The position numbers and the translations under genes were made by a program. From Candidatus Parcubacteria bacterium (GTDB lineage: Bacteria > Patescibacteriota > Patescibacteriia > UBA1558 > GWA2-36-10), in the NCBI GenBank assembly GCA_018669975.1, contig JABHSK010000001.1:88394-152393 (forward strand): a stretch of 64,000 nucleotides of DNA, written 5' to 3'. The notes under the pieces are model-generated. The model was not told the origin of the DNA. It did not search any database and was given only the letters and a program-made list of their open reading frames with translations. Positions 1 through 8,997 of this stretch are shown piece after piece; position 1 is the stretch's first letter, and each line of letters begins with the position of its first letter.

Positions 1-458
1 TTTTTTCTGCCAATTTCAGCACCAATACCGTGAAAACTGCCATTTAATTCTTGATTAAACTCCTCCGTAACGACTGGGTCAAAAAAAGAAGAATGCGGAT
101 CACCCAAAGCAGACACCATGCCGGCTACTGCACCATAAAATAAATCCTGATCATTGATCTTGTTTTTATCTAGATAATCTTCATGTAAAATGTCCCAAAC
201 TTGAGTAAATAATTCCACGTCTATTTCATCGTTATCCTTGAAAATATCTATCAATTCATCAGCTGTATATTTGATAACATTATCCTGCTGCACATCCGCA
301 CTTGGTTTATTCCCCGTGGAAAAACCATATACAAAAGCAGCTATAATTAATATTAATAAAGCACAAACCTTGGCTAATATTCTCCACCAAGGCTGTTTTT
401 TAGAACCTAATTTTAGATCCTCTGTTTTTATTGGTATATTTGGTTTAAACTGATCCAT
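1..458 (-). CDS. C-terminal processing peptidase (S41, CtpA/Prc-like), N-terminal part; gene runs off the left edge
   Basis: Minus-strand frame from ATG at 458 reads MDQFKPNIPIKTEDLKLGSKK..., with a TM segment, then ...HGIGAEIG, which matches the PDZ region of S41 peptidases. No stop before position 1. Not in the ORF track because it is open-ended. Confidence 0.55.
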   Translation of the reverse strand, partial: MDQFKPNIPIKTEDLKLGSKKQPWWRILAKVCALLILIIAAFVYGFSTGNKPSADVQQDNVIKYTADELIDIFKDNDEIDVELFTQVWDILHEDYLDKNKINDQDLFYGAVAGMVSALGDPHSSFFDPVVTEEFNQELNGSFHGIGAEIGRK

Positions 459-471
459 GCTTTTTATAAAA

Positions 472-1791
472 TTAATTTTCTGTTCTTTCAATTTTAGCTC
501 CCAGCTTTGACAAACGCACATCTAGTGATTCATATCCTCTATCTACTTGGTATATATTAGAAACCACGCTAGTACCTGAGGCTGCTAAAGCAGCTATAAT
601 TAAGGTAGCACCGGCACGCAAATCAAAACTAGTGATTTCTTTACCAAATAAAGGTGCGGGGCCAATCACAACTATACGATGTGGATCTGAGACTACTATA
701 TTAGAGCCCATTTTCTTCAATTCAGCAACATATTTCAATCGACCGTCATACATCCAGTCATGTATTAACGATGTACCCTCTGCTTGAGTCATTAAAACTG
801 TAAAAGGTTGAATTAAATCTGCTTTGAAGCCAGGATGTGGCATGTCATGCAATTTTTTAATAGCCTTTAGGTCTACTCGACCATTAACTTCTATATTGGC
901 TAGTTTATAATTCTCGCTAGGACTAATGTCTAGGTACTTAATATCTAACTTCAAACCAACCTCTTTGTATTTTTCTAATTCTAAAGCTAAAAACTCTGGC
1001 GCTGTATTTTCTATAGTTATTTTTGATCTAGTAGCACCTGCTAAACAAATAAAAGTACCCGTCTCAATTGGATCGGGCATTACAAAATATTCGCAACCCT
1101 TGAGTGAGCTAGCTCCTTTTATTTTAAGATTATTAGTACCAATACCCTCTATATCCACACCCATTTTTTTCAAAAACCAACACAGGTCTTGAACTGATGG
1201 ATCGGCAGCGGCCACTCGAATCCTAACAGTGCCTTGATTAATAGCTGCAGCTAGAATCATATTCTCTGTACCAGTAACTGACAACTCGCTCATGGTTATT
1301 TCTTCATCGGCTGGTCTAGTTTTTTCTAAATGGTAGAACTTGCCATCAAAATCTATATCTGCTCCTAATTTAGAAAAAGCTTTGAGATGAGTATCAATAG
1401 AACGAGAGCCAATTTGGCAACCACCTGGTTCTTTGGTTTTAATTTTACCAAAACGACCTAACAACGATCCCATAAATAATATGGAAGAACGCATAGCAGA
1501 AACCAAAGACATATCTATCTTAGTTGGATCTAACTCTGAATTATCTATTTTTACGCTATTTTTATCCATCCAATTAACCTTGGCACCCATAGATACCAAA
1601 ATTTGAATCATTTTTTTAACATCCTCAATCAATGGGACATTATGCAACAAGACTTCTTCTTTGGTTAAAATACTAGCAGCAATAATAGGTGTGGCTGCAT
1701 TTTTAAAACCAGCTACCTTGATGTTTCCATGCAAGGGTTTTCCTCCTTGAATTATAAAACTAGACATAGTATAGTGATAGTAAATTATCAT
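472..1791 (-). CDS. murA: UDP-N-acetylglucosamine 1-carboxyvinyltransferase
   Basis: 439-aa ORF with ...IIQGGKPLHGNIKVAGFKNAATPIIAA... and a full-length MurA-like body. A SD-like AAGGT lies upstream of the 1791 ATG. Alternative start MSSF at 1767. Confidence 0.9.
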   Translation of the reverse strand: MIIYYHYTMSSFIIQGGKPLHGNIKVAGFKNAATPIIAASILTKEEVLLHNVPLIEDVKKMIQILVSMGAKVNWMDKNSVKIDNSELDPTKIDMSLVSAMRSSILFMGSLLGRFGKIKTKEPGGCQIGSRSIDTHLKAFSKLGADIDFDGKFYHLEKTRPADEEITMSELSVTGTENMILAAAINQGTVRIRVAAADPSVQDLCWFLKKMGVDIEGIGTNNLKIKGASSLKGCEYFVMPDPIETGTFICLAGATRSKITIENTAPEFLALELEKYKEVGLKLDIKYLDISPSENYKLANIEVNGRVDLKAIKKLHDMPHPGFKADLIQPFTVLMTQAEGTSLIHDWMYDGRLKYVAELKKMGSNIVVSDPHRIVVIGPAPLFGKEITSFDLRAGATLIIAALAASGTSVVSNIYQVDRGYESLDVRLSKLGAKIERTEN

Positions 1792-1825
1792 ATAAATAAT
1801 ACCTTAAATTTGAATTTCTAACAAG

Positions 1826-3115
1826 ATGAGTAAAGCACTAGGCAGAGCCACATATTTATTTTTTTTCCTACTTTTCTTTATTTTAACGCCCATATTTACT
1901 ATGTATGGCTTAGGCTATAGGTACAACTTTGATACTGGCCAAATAGAAAAAAGTGGGGCTTTTTATGTTAAATCTTTTCCCAAGGGTGCAAGTATCTTTG
2001 TGGATGATGAACAAATGGATGATGACACACCAACACAATTGACCAACATCAAGCCTGGTCATCATTTATTGCAAGTCAAAAAAGACAAATATAGAACTTG
2101 GCAGAAAGAATTGGAAATCTATCCTGGTGAAACAACTTTTGCTGAAGACGTGGTCCTATTTTACCAAGACATGGCTAAAACCAAATTAGATTCAGGTAGT
2201 GAAAAATATCTAGTCAGTCATACTTTAGATAAATATGCCTATCTAGATTCTGATAATCAACTACACATAACCGATGTAGAGCAAGCCAAAGACTTCACCG
2301 TATTCACTCTACCTTCAGATATGAATTTATTAGACTGGTCAGCAGATAATCAAAAACTACTTTTACAAAACGTAAATGAATATTATGTATTTGATATTAA
2401 TCAAAAAAACCTAGACCGCCTAGCAATCAATAAAAATAACAAAACAATCTGGGATAATAAAAACGCAGACTTACTGTGGTATTTATATAATGACAAACTT
2501 TTCCAATACGACATAAGCAATTCCTTTGAACCAGATATCCGGGAAATTAAACTAGGTAAAAAAGTGAATGACTTTGCTTTTTATGATGATTATTTAGTAG
2601 TACAATATATTGTCAGTGATAGCAATTATGTTGAGCAACTAAAAAAAAGTGGTCTAGAATCAATCAAGATAATTAACAAGCTCAGTTTGGGTAAACTAGA
2701 TATTTTGCTAGCCGATGAACAAAAAATCATTTTCACGGTTGGCTCAAAACTATACATTAAATATACCTATCGTGATTTAATTACCATTCCAATTATTACA
2801 GCTGAATTACATGATGAACGACTACTAATCACTAATGGTCATGAAATCATGCTCTATAACCACAAAGAAGATTGGCAAGAACTAATAGATCGCTCTTCTC
2901 AAATCATATCTGATATTCTATGGCATCCAAATGGTAGTTATTTTCTTGGTGAAATAAATGGTCAAACTAAAATCACTGAAATTGATGGTCGTGATCAACG
3001 CAATATAATAAATATTCTAGATAATCCTCACAAAAAATTATATCTATTCAATAGCAAGGGTGATAATCTGTTCATCCTAACGCCTGAAGAAAATTATTAT
3101 CTAAACGTACAGTAA
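1826..3115 (+). CDS. Membrane-anchored PEGA-domain protein with C-terminal beta-propeller-like region
   Basis: N-terminal TM helix, then the PEGA-like stretch YYVKSFPKGASIFVDDEQ...GHHLLQVKKDKY. The remainder is a repetitive beta-rich sequence. Confidence 0.7.
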   Translation: MSKALGRATYLFFFLLFFILTPIFTMYGLGYRYNFDTGQIEKSGAFYVKSFPKGASIFVDDEQMDDDTPTQLTNIKPGHHLLQVKKDKYRTWQKELEIYPGETTFAEDVVLFYQDMAKTKLDSGSEKYLVSHTLDKYAYLDSDNQLHITDVEQAKDFTVFTLPSDMNLLDWSADNQKLLLQNVNEYYVFDINQKNLDRLAINKNNKTIWDNKNADLLWYLYNDKLFQYDISNSFEPDIREIKLGKKVNDFAFYDDYLVVQYIVSDSNYVEQLKKSGLESIKIINKLSLGKLDILLADEQKIIFTVGSKLYIKYTYRDLITIPIITAELHDERLLITNGHEIMLYNHKEDWQELIDRSSQIISDILWHPNGSYFLGEINGQTKITEIDGRDQRNIINILDNPHKKLYLFNSKGDNLFILTPEENYYLNVQ

Positions 3116-3159
3116 TTTTATACAAAAAGAAAAAGGAGCTCATTACGAGCTCCTGTTTT

Positions 3160-3738
3160 TTATTCTTCATCTTCTTGATAAATTTCGGGCTTGAGGATGC
3201 CAATCCCAGAAAGATTGCGCAATTGCTGAGCATAGTCCAGACCATAACCGACTACGAAGTCATCACCAATTTCAAAGCCGACATAATCGACTTTAACTTC
3301 TTTTTCACGAGCAGCTGGTTTATCCAGTAAAGTACAGATAGACAATGAGCGCGGCTTACGATCAGACAAAAATTCCTTGAGGTAAGCCAGGGTTAATCCG
3401 GTGTCGACAATGTCTTCAACAATCAGGACGTTGCGACCAGCGATATCGATGTCAATATCTTTCTCAATCTTAACCACACCAGAACTACTAGTAGTGTCAC
3501 CATAGCTAGACACGGCCATAAAGTGAACTTCCAACGGAAGATGCATCGTTCTAATTAAGTCAGCACAAAATACAAAGGCTCCCTTGAGGATGCAAATAAC
3601 CACTAGTGGGTATTCCTCCCCCTCATCTCGATACTCTAGACTAATTTGCTGACCAATCGCTTGGACCCTCCGCTGAATAACAGAATCCGATATAAGACTA
3701 CTTTTGACACTACTAAGCAGATCCAACCCTTTTTTCAT
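3160..3738 (-). CDS. hpt: Hypoxanthine-guanine phosphoribosyltransferase
   Basis: 192 aa with the PRTase motif VLIVEDIVDTGLTL and the HPRT-like C-terminus DYVGFEI..DFVVGYGLDY. Confidence 0.9.
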   Translation of the reverse strand: MKKGLDLLSSVKSSLISDSVIQRRVQAIGQQISLEYRDEGEEYPLVVICILKGAFVFCADLIRTMHLPLEVHFMAVSSYGDTTSSSGVVKIEKDIDIDIAGRNVLIVEDIVDTGLTLAYLKEFLSDRKPRSLSICTLLDKPAAREKEVKVDYVGFEIGDDFVVGYGLDYAQQLRNLSGIGILKPEIYQEDEE

Positions 3739-3816
3739 GATTTAACTCCTTTTGAAGATGATTTAATGTACGACGTGAATTTGAGTTAATTTAGTATATT
3801 TACTTGTTTTTGTCAA

Positions 3817-3843
3817 AATAAAAACCCCAAACCGAAGTTTGGG
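3817..3843 (-). terminator. Intrinsic terminator (minus strand) after the small gene 3854-4087
   Basis: Minus-strand hairpin CCCAAACTTCGGTTTGGG followed by a U-run. Immediately 3' lies a conserved 28-bp TTGACAAAAAYARGTAAATATAMTAA element. Confidence 0.6.
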
Positions 3844-3853
3844 ATGTAAATAC

Positions 3854-4087
3854 TTAATCACCAGCAATGGGTTCAGTGTGTGGAATTTCTACATAACTAC
3901 TGCCGTAGTAAGTATAAATCAGGCGCTCAGAATCGATACACAAACGCAAAGCCTGCTTGCAAATCTTTTTGTCCACACCAAAGTGTCCTTGAATAGCCTT
4001 CTTTAGTTCGGTTGGTTTCCATTTCTTGCTGCCCTGGTCTCTGGTAACCATTTTGACCATTGCATCGGCGACTTGTTCTGCTGTCAT
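3854..4087 (-). CDS. Small hypothetical protein (77 aa)
   Basis: ORF in GC-rich context. A strong SD GGAAGGTGA lies 5 nt before the internal ATG (MTAEQVADAM...). Alternative start at 4102. Confidence 0.5.
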   Translation of the reverse strand: MTAEQVADAMVKMVTRDQGSKKWKPTELKKAIQGHFGVDKKICKQALRLCIDSERLIYTYYGSSYVEIPHTEPIAGD

Positions 4088-4172
4088 AGCATCACCTTCC
4101 ATTCCGGGTTTGAGTAAATATAATGTACCAGACGAATTTAAATAAACTTATTATATTTACCTATTTTTGTCA

Positions 4173-4202
4173 AAATAAAAAAGGTAGCTCCTAGGAGCTA
4201 CC
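4173..4202 (-). terminator. Intrinsic terminator (minus strand) after the radical SAM gene
   Basis: Minus-strand hairpin GGTAGCTCCTAGGAGCTACC followed by a T-run. The same 28-bp TTGACAAAAA... element follows. Confidence 0.6.
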
Positions 4203-4209
4203 CTATTCT

Positions 4210-5037
4210 TTACTGAAGTAAAGAACCGTGTCGAAAAGCAAATCTAAAGCCATAATTTTGCAAATCAGAAATAAAAACTCTAACCTTTTCTTCTGAAGCA
4301 TCAACTAAGCCGTGTTTGGCCAACTGTTGGTTATCATCTAAGAAATTTACCTTGATGAAAACCCTGTCTACGTCAAACAATTTGGCTAATAGAGATACAT
4401 CATAATTCATACTCTCCATGACTACGAAATTAAGTGTAACTCGATTCCCGGGCCAATGATTAGCAACTTCAGCGATTTCCGCTAAAGTCATCATTGGTAC
4501 CTGCGGACTGAGGAAATTCCGTTCTTCGTCAGAAGTGGTATGACAAGAAAATTGCAACCTTAGTTGTATACCTTGCTCGTGCAATTGCCTGAGCCTGACA
4601 AACAGCTTCGGATTTCTAGAACCAGACGTCGACACAACAAAGTGCAGAAAGGGCCAACGAGCATACATTTGCTCAATAGCTTGGCAGGTGTTATCAACAT
4701 TGAGACTGACATCCCCCATTTGCTTGAAGGAAATCTTTACCTCGTCATAACCTGGACTATCCAACGCAAAGTTGGCATGAACCAGTTCTACCTGATTAAC
4801 TATCTCAGCTACTGACAGCTGACGCCAATCTTTAAACTTTCTAGTAAAACAATAGATGCAGCCGATGCCACAGCCAGAGCAAACAGACACGCCAATTTTA
4901 CGAATCAACTTGCCGTCATTTACATCCTGCAGTGTTTTATCAGCTGATAAAACTAAGCTGTCGTCGGCGACGGCTCGGCTTTTATAGCCAGTACCGTCGC
5001 CGATGTCTCTTGTTTGTTTAAGAATCAGCACACTCAT
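4210..5037 (-). CDS. Radical SAM enzyme of unknown specificity
   Basis: 275 aa. CGIGCIYC gives the CxxxCxxC 4Fe-4S/SAM motif near the N-terminus. GC about 48-50%. Only a 14-bp gap to the next gene. Confidence 0.8.
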   Translation of the reverse strand: MSVLILKQTRDIGDGTGYKSRAVADDSLVLSADKTLQDVNDGKLIRKIGVSVCSGCGIGCIYCFTRKFKDWRQLSVAEIVNQVELVHANFALDSPGYDEVKISFKQMGDVSLNVDNTCQAIEQMYARWPFLHFVVSTSGSRNPKLFVRLRQLHEQGIQLRLQFSCHTTSDEERNFLSPQVPMMTLAEIAEVANHWPGNRVTLNFVVMESMNYDVSLLAKLFDVDRVFIKVNFLDDNQQLAKHGLVDASEEKVRVFISDLQNYGFRFAFRHGSLLQ

Positions 5038-5051
5038 GATGCATCCTCCTT

Positions 5052-6086
5052 TTATCCCCGCTCAATAGCAGACAGGATGTCCAGAGCCAACATCAATGTG
5101 TCTTCATCAAAACAAATATCATCACCGACCATTATGTGTCCATAGCCCATCTGCAACAGACATTGAATATCCATAATGTCCGAACAGGTCGGACGCGGAC
5201 TATGGCGCAGTGAAGTCAGAATACGGGAAGCCACAATGGCATCACTGTCCATTTCGGCAATTTTACGCAGTGGCCGTAGTATCTTATCCGGACGACCAAA
5301 CTCCACATACATATCACCACGAGCAGCCATCAAGCCGACACCTGGGAACTTGCGCAGGCACTTACATGCCCAATCAAAACCCTGAGGTGATTCAATCTTG
5401 GCTTTAATAACAGCCTTAGGATCGAGTGCCAACATTTCCTGAATATCACTGTCCTGCTCCACATAGGAAAGCATGAAAGTGTGAATACCCAGTTTAACTG
5501 CTGCTTCAATATAGCGGCGATCCAGTTCGGTGAAATAACCTTCGACCTCAAAACTAGGATGTATGATATTGATAGATTCTCCACCGCCGACGACCTTTTT
5601 TGGGCCTTCAAGCATAATCAGAGTATCACCATCAATCACGTCAACGATGTGAGCTGAGTCATAACCATCCTGGAACCAACACTTGACTGGTCCCTTGGAA
5701 GTATCCAGCTTGATCTTATGGTCAATCTTGAGCGTTGCCCAAGGTGGCGTCCTGAGGATACCATGAGCCTTGGGACGACTAGAATCAAGCACCACAACTT
5801 CATCTCCAAGCTGATAAGCCTTGGGAGGCCTATCAGAACCATTGAAGAAAAAACCGTGTGAAACCCGAACCTGTCGACACTTGAGATCAATCCACATATC
5901 CTTGTCACCGATTTGAGACTTGATAAGTTTGAGCATAGCCGTCAGTGCTTCGACTGAAGGTAAATCATCCTCCTTAACTCCTTGCACCGGCATAACGGTG
6001 TTGAGCCGAACTCCCGAAATAATCGGAAGTTCGGCCACCCTGCCAATGAAGGGAGCATAGGGAGGAATTGTGGTAATCACTTTCAT
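5052..6086 (-). CDS. Pyruvate-kinase-like TIM-barrel protein (truncated PK family, no C-terminal allosteric domain)
   Basis: 344 aa. AKIESPQG, LMAARGDMYVEFG and SPRPTCSDIMDI...GYGHIMVGDD parallel the PK motifs IISKIENQEG, IMVARGDLGIE and KPRPTRAEVSDVANAV..GADAVMLSGE. A PK B-barrel-like insert is also present. Confidence 0.65.
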   Translation of the reverse strand: MKVITTIPPYAPFIGRVAELPIISGVRLNTVMPVQGVKEDDLPSVEALTAMLKLIKSQIGDKDMWIDLKCRQVRVSHGFFFNGSDRPPKAYQLGDEVVVLDSSRPKAHGILRTPPWATLKIDHKIKLDTSKGPVKCWFQDGYDSAHIVDVIDGDTLIMLEGPKKVVGGGESINIIHPSFEVEGYFTELDRRYIEAAVKLGIHTFMLSYVEQDSDIQEMLALDPKAVIKAKIESPQGFDWACKCLRKFPGVGLMAARGDMYVEFGRPDKILRPLRKIAEMDSDAIVASRILTSLRHSPRPTCSDIMDIQCLLQMGYGHIMVGDDICFDEDTLMLALDILSAIERG

Positions 6087-6114
6087 GATCTTTACTCTCC
6101 TCTATGCCTGAAGT

Positions 6115-7146
6115 TTAGGTGAGTTTCCTGCTTTTGAGACTGGTCTTGCCGCCGGACTTCTTACCAACAGCCACTCCATCTGTGCCTCCACCCGCAGATT
6201 TATCCTTGACCGAACGCAGAGACGTCTTGACCCGACTGACACGATCCGGCCGGTCACTATGACGCTTACCAGAACGCAACTCAAAGTCTTCGTACTCGCC
6301 GGCTTCGCCAGCAACGATACCAATGATCATCTCGATGATGTCACGCGGCTTATCCAGGGTAATAACGTTGTCAGTTCCATAGATATCAGTCCAGAAACGA
6401 CGACAACTGGATGTCTTCTTGAACAGCACATAGACCTCAAACTTGTCAGCCAGTCTGCGTAGCACTTCCTTGGAGTTCAGGTTAGCCTGAACATCGTCAC
6501 CAATGTGCTCACGCACATGTGCGGCTTCCAGATTAGTACGTGTCTTGTCGTCCAAAATCCAAACAAAAAGTGGCTTGACGGCATTGGGCATTTCGCAGTG
6601 ATGCGTGAAATAGTAAGCGGCCAAATCATAGCTCTCGGGGCTATCACCGCCACCACCCTCGGGATAGAGCTTCTTAAGCTCACCATCAAGGGGCTTACCC
6701 TTCTTGAAATCCCTGACCTGGAGTGGGAAACTATCATATGCAGAATCCCCAACCAGAGAGAAACATATTTCTCCCTGAGGAATATATCGTTTGGCTTCGT
6801 TGCCCAGCAGGGGCAACTTTTCCAAAATAATACCAACCTCAGTCCTGAAAGATCCGGTGTGATCACAGCAAACCACCAAAGGATGACTACTATTGGTTGA
6901 GACCGCCAGCTTCTTACGCTTGATCGGAGACGGCGTCTTACCGCGAGCTGAAGTGAAGTCATGACTGGCTCGGCTACTACGCGCTGACGAGCGGGCAGTA
7001 GAACGACCAGTGGAACGACCTGAGCTCCGCGTCGGTGTTGTAGACTTCTTATATGCCTTGCGAGCTGAGCGGAAATCTTCTCCGCCACTACGACTGACTC
7101 CTCCAGAAGACGAACTTCCAGAATCATCTTCCCAGCTGTATCCCAT
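6115..7146 (-). CDS. vWA-like (TerY-like) domain protein with Ser/Arg-rich disordered N- and C-terminal tails
   Basis: The MIDAS-like segment LVVCCDHTGSF (DxTGS) and LFVWILDD fit a vWA fold. The N-terminus (SGSSSSGG...RSSGRSTGRSTARSSARSSRAS) is low-complexity. SD GGAGA lies before the internal ATG (MGYSW). The ORF could extend to 7176. Confidence 0.5.
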   Translation of the reverse strand: MGYSWEDDSGSSSSGGVSRSGGEDFRSARKAYKKSTTPTRSSGRSTGRSTARSSARSSRASHDFTSARGKTPSPIKRKKLAVSTNSSHPLVVCCDHTGSFRTEVGIILEKLPLLGNEAKRYIPQGEICFSLVGDSAYDSFPLQVRDFKKGKPLDGELKKLYPEGGGGDSPESYDLAAYYFTHHCEMPNAVKPLFVWILDDKTRTNLEAAHVREHIGDDVQANLNSKEVLRRLADKFEVYVLFKKTSSCRRFWTDIYGTDNVITLDKPRDIIEMIIGIVAGEAGEYEDFELRSGKRHSDRPDRVSRVKTSLRSVKDKSAGGGTDGVAVGKKSGGKTSLKSRKLT

Positions 7147-7230
7147 GTCTTTCTCCCATCGGTTTAACTTGTGCACAATGCACGTGATAGTGAATATAAG
7201 TCTCCGCTATTACCTAAATCTATTAGAAAT

Positions 7231-8019
7231 TTAAGAAACCTTCAGAGTCTCTCCACTGGATCGACCACCAAACAACTCCTGGCGCAAATCCGACAAAGGT
7301 CGAATCAATTCCTGGGCTGTACTGGGACGATCAAGTGGATTACGTTTGATCATCTGACCGATGAATCGCTGCAACTTATCAGGAACAGAGTCCGGAAAAG
7401 TCATACCAATATAGTTACCACCAAGTGCATGAATCATACTTACTCCTAGACCGTAAATATCGGTCTCAGGAATAGGTGGTTTGCCAGCAACCTGTTCTGG
7501 AGCAGCAAAAGCCGGGGTGTAACCCTCAACTTTGGTGCGACTCCGAGGTTTAAGTGTAGCCAAACCATAATCAACCAGAATTGCATTATGTTCATCCGGT
7601 TTGATCATGATATTAGCCGGTTTGACATCACCATGAATAACCCCATAGTAGTGAAGATAATGCAGGGCATTGAGTAGCCGCTGAATCATCCAACACACTT
7701 GTTCGGGATCAATACCTTTCGGATAATCTTCATCAACGATCTTTTGCAGATCTTTACCTTCGATAAAAGTCATAATCATCACAAAACTACCATCATCTAA
7801 CTCGATAAAATCTCGTAGAGTCGGCAATGAGTGATGATGAACATGCCAGAGAAGTTTAGCTTCTTTCTTCAGAAGCTCAACATCTGCAACACTAAGATCT
7901 ATATTCTGTTTAATGCAAGCCATCTCGCCTAGAATTCGATGCCGAGCTAGATAAGTTCTAGCAAAACCACCTTCACCAATCTGCTTAAGCACCTTATAGT
8001 TTCCTATAATAGTAGCCAT
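7231..8019 (-). CDS. Hanks-type Ser/Thr protein kinase
   Basis: Motifs GEGGFARTY (Gly loop), HGDVKPANIMI (catalytic loop), DYG (DFG variant) and APE. A perfect SD AAGGAGGTGA lies before the MATIIGNYK start. Confidence 0.9.
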   Translation of the reverse strand: MATIIGNYKVLKQIGEGGFARTYLARHRILGEMACIKQNIDLSVADVELLKKEAKLLWHVHHHSLPTLRDFIELDDGSFVMIMTFIEGKDLQKIVDEDYPKGIDPEQVCWMIQRLLNALHYLHYYGVIHGDVKPANIMIKPDEHNAILVDYGLATLKPRSRTKVEGYTPAFAAPEQVAGKPPIPETDIYGLGVSMIHALGGNYIGMTFPDSVPDKLQRFIGQMIKRNPLDRPSTAQELIRPLSDLRQELFGGRSSGETLKVS

Positions 8020-8029
8020 TGTCACCTCC

Positions 8030-8761
8030 TTACTCTCCAGAGAAGAGTCTTTCTGCCAACCAACTTGGAAGATCGTGTTTGTAAATAGCATCAGCTGTTT
8101 TCTGAATATCATAAAAAACCCGTCGTAGGTCAAAATAAAATTGACCCTCACGAATTTCTATGACTGCATAGCAGGCTCGACAATCTCCATCACGGGGTTG
8201 TCCAACACTACCAACATTAATCAAAAACTTCTGCTCTCCTGCCAACAACATATCCTCAGTAATGTCCTTAATTAAACCCTCCTCGCTTCCAAAAATAAAT
8301 GGAATGTGAGTGTGTCCAACAAAACAAAGCTTCGTCTGAAAATGTGGAATTTCTTCCCGAGCTCTATCAGCTTCATCGATATAATCCCAGTGATCAGAAA
8401 AAGATCCGTGCGCTAGGGTTATATCAAGCTCTGGCAAAACTAGGTTGTAGGGCAATCTGGCAATAGCTGCTTTTTCCGCAACATTCAATTGCTGATCAGT
8501 AAACTGCACACCAGTCAAAGCGCTACCATTAAAATATTTTGCAGCAAAATCAAGATCAAGAAGACCCTCTTCGTGATTACCACGAATCATATCCGTAGCC
8601 ATTACACAGGCTGTTTCCCAGCAGGCTCGCGGTTGCGGGCCATAGCCGATAATATCACCTAAAAAATAAACTGCATCAATGCGCAGTTCTTTTAGATCAT
8701 ACCAAACAGCCTTGAGAGCTTCCCAATTACTGTGGACGTCTGACAAAACAGCTATCCTCAC
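8030..8761 (-). CDS. Calcineurin-like metallophosphoesterase (PPP-family Ser/Thr phosphatase, PrpA/ApaH-like)
   Basis: Motifs DVHSN, GDIIGYGPQP and RGNHE. GTG start preceded by SD AAGGAGGT. The stop is 10 bp upstream of the kinase start, indicating an operon. Confidence 0.85.
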   Translation of the reverse strand: MRIAVLSDVHSNWEALKAVWYDLKELRIDAVYFLGDIIGYGPQPRACWETACVMATDMIRGNHEEGLLDLDFAAKYFNGSALTGVQFTDQQLNVAEKAAIARLPYNLVLPELDITLAHGSFSDHWDYIDEADRAREEIPHFQTKLCFVGHTHIPFIFGSEEGLIKDITEDMLLAGEQKFLINVGSVGQPRDGDCRACYAVIEIREGQFYFDLRRVFYDIQKTADAIYKHDLPSWLAERLFSGE

Positions 8762-8997
8762 GTCTTACCTCCTTTTTTAAGCTTTTTTGACTTGTTTTCG
8801 ACTTGTCAAAGTACATTAATATCCCCTAAATTAAATACTTAAGAGAATGTAGTTTTTTACCATAAAAGCAGGTTAGCGTCAAGGAAGGTAAGTAAAATGC
8901 ATATCTTTGACTTTTTTTACTTAAACATGCTATTTTTATGCTGGAATATATGAGTAAGTCCCCTCATGTTCAACCCGCACTTTGAAAGGAGAAAGAT

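Noticed and set aside
238-453. 71-aa plus-strand ORF
   Set aside because: Lies antisense inside the open-ended minus-strand S41 peptidase coding region (1-458). No RBS and odd composition.
926-1192. 88-aa plus-strand ORF inside murA
   Set aside because: Antisense to a confidently identified murA. No start context.
6477-7127. 216-aa minus-strand and 131-aa plus-strand ORFs overlapping the vWA-like gene
   Set aside because: Alternative-frame ORFs typical of GC-rich DNA. The 6115-7146 frame has the SD, the MIDAS-like motif and consistent codon usage.
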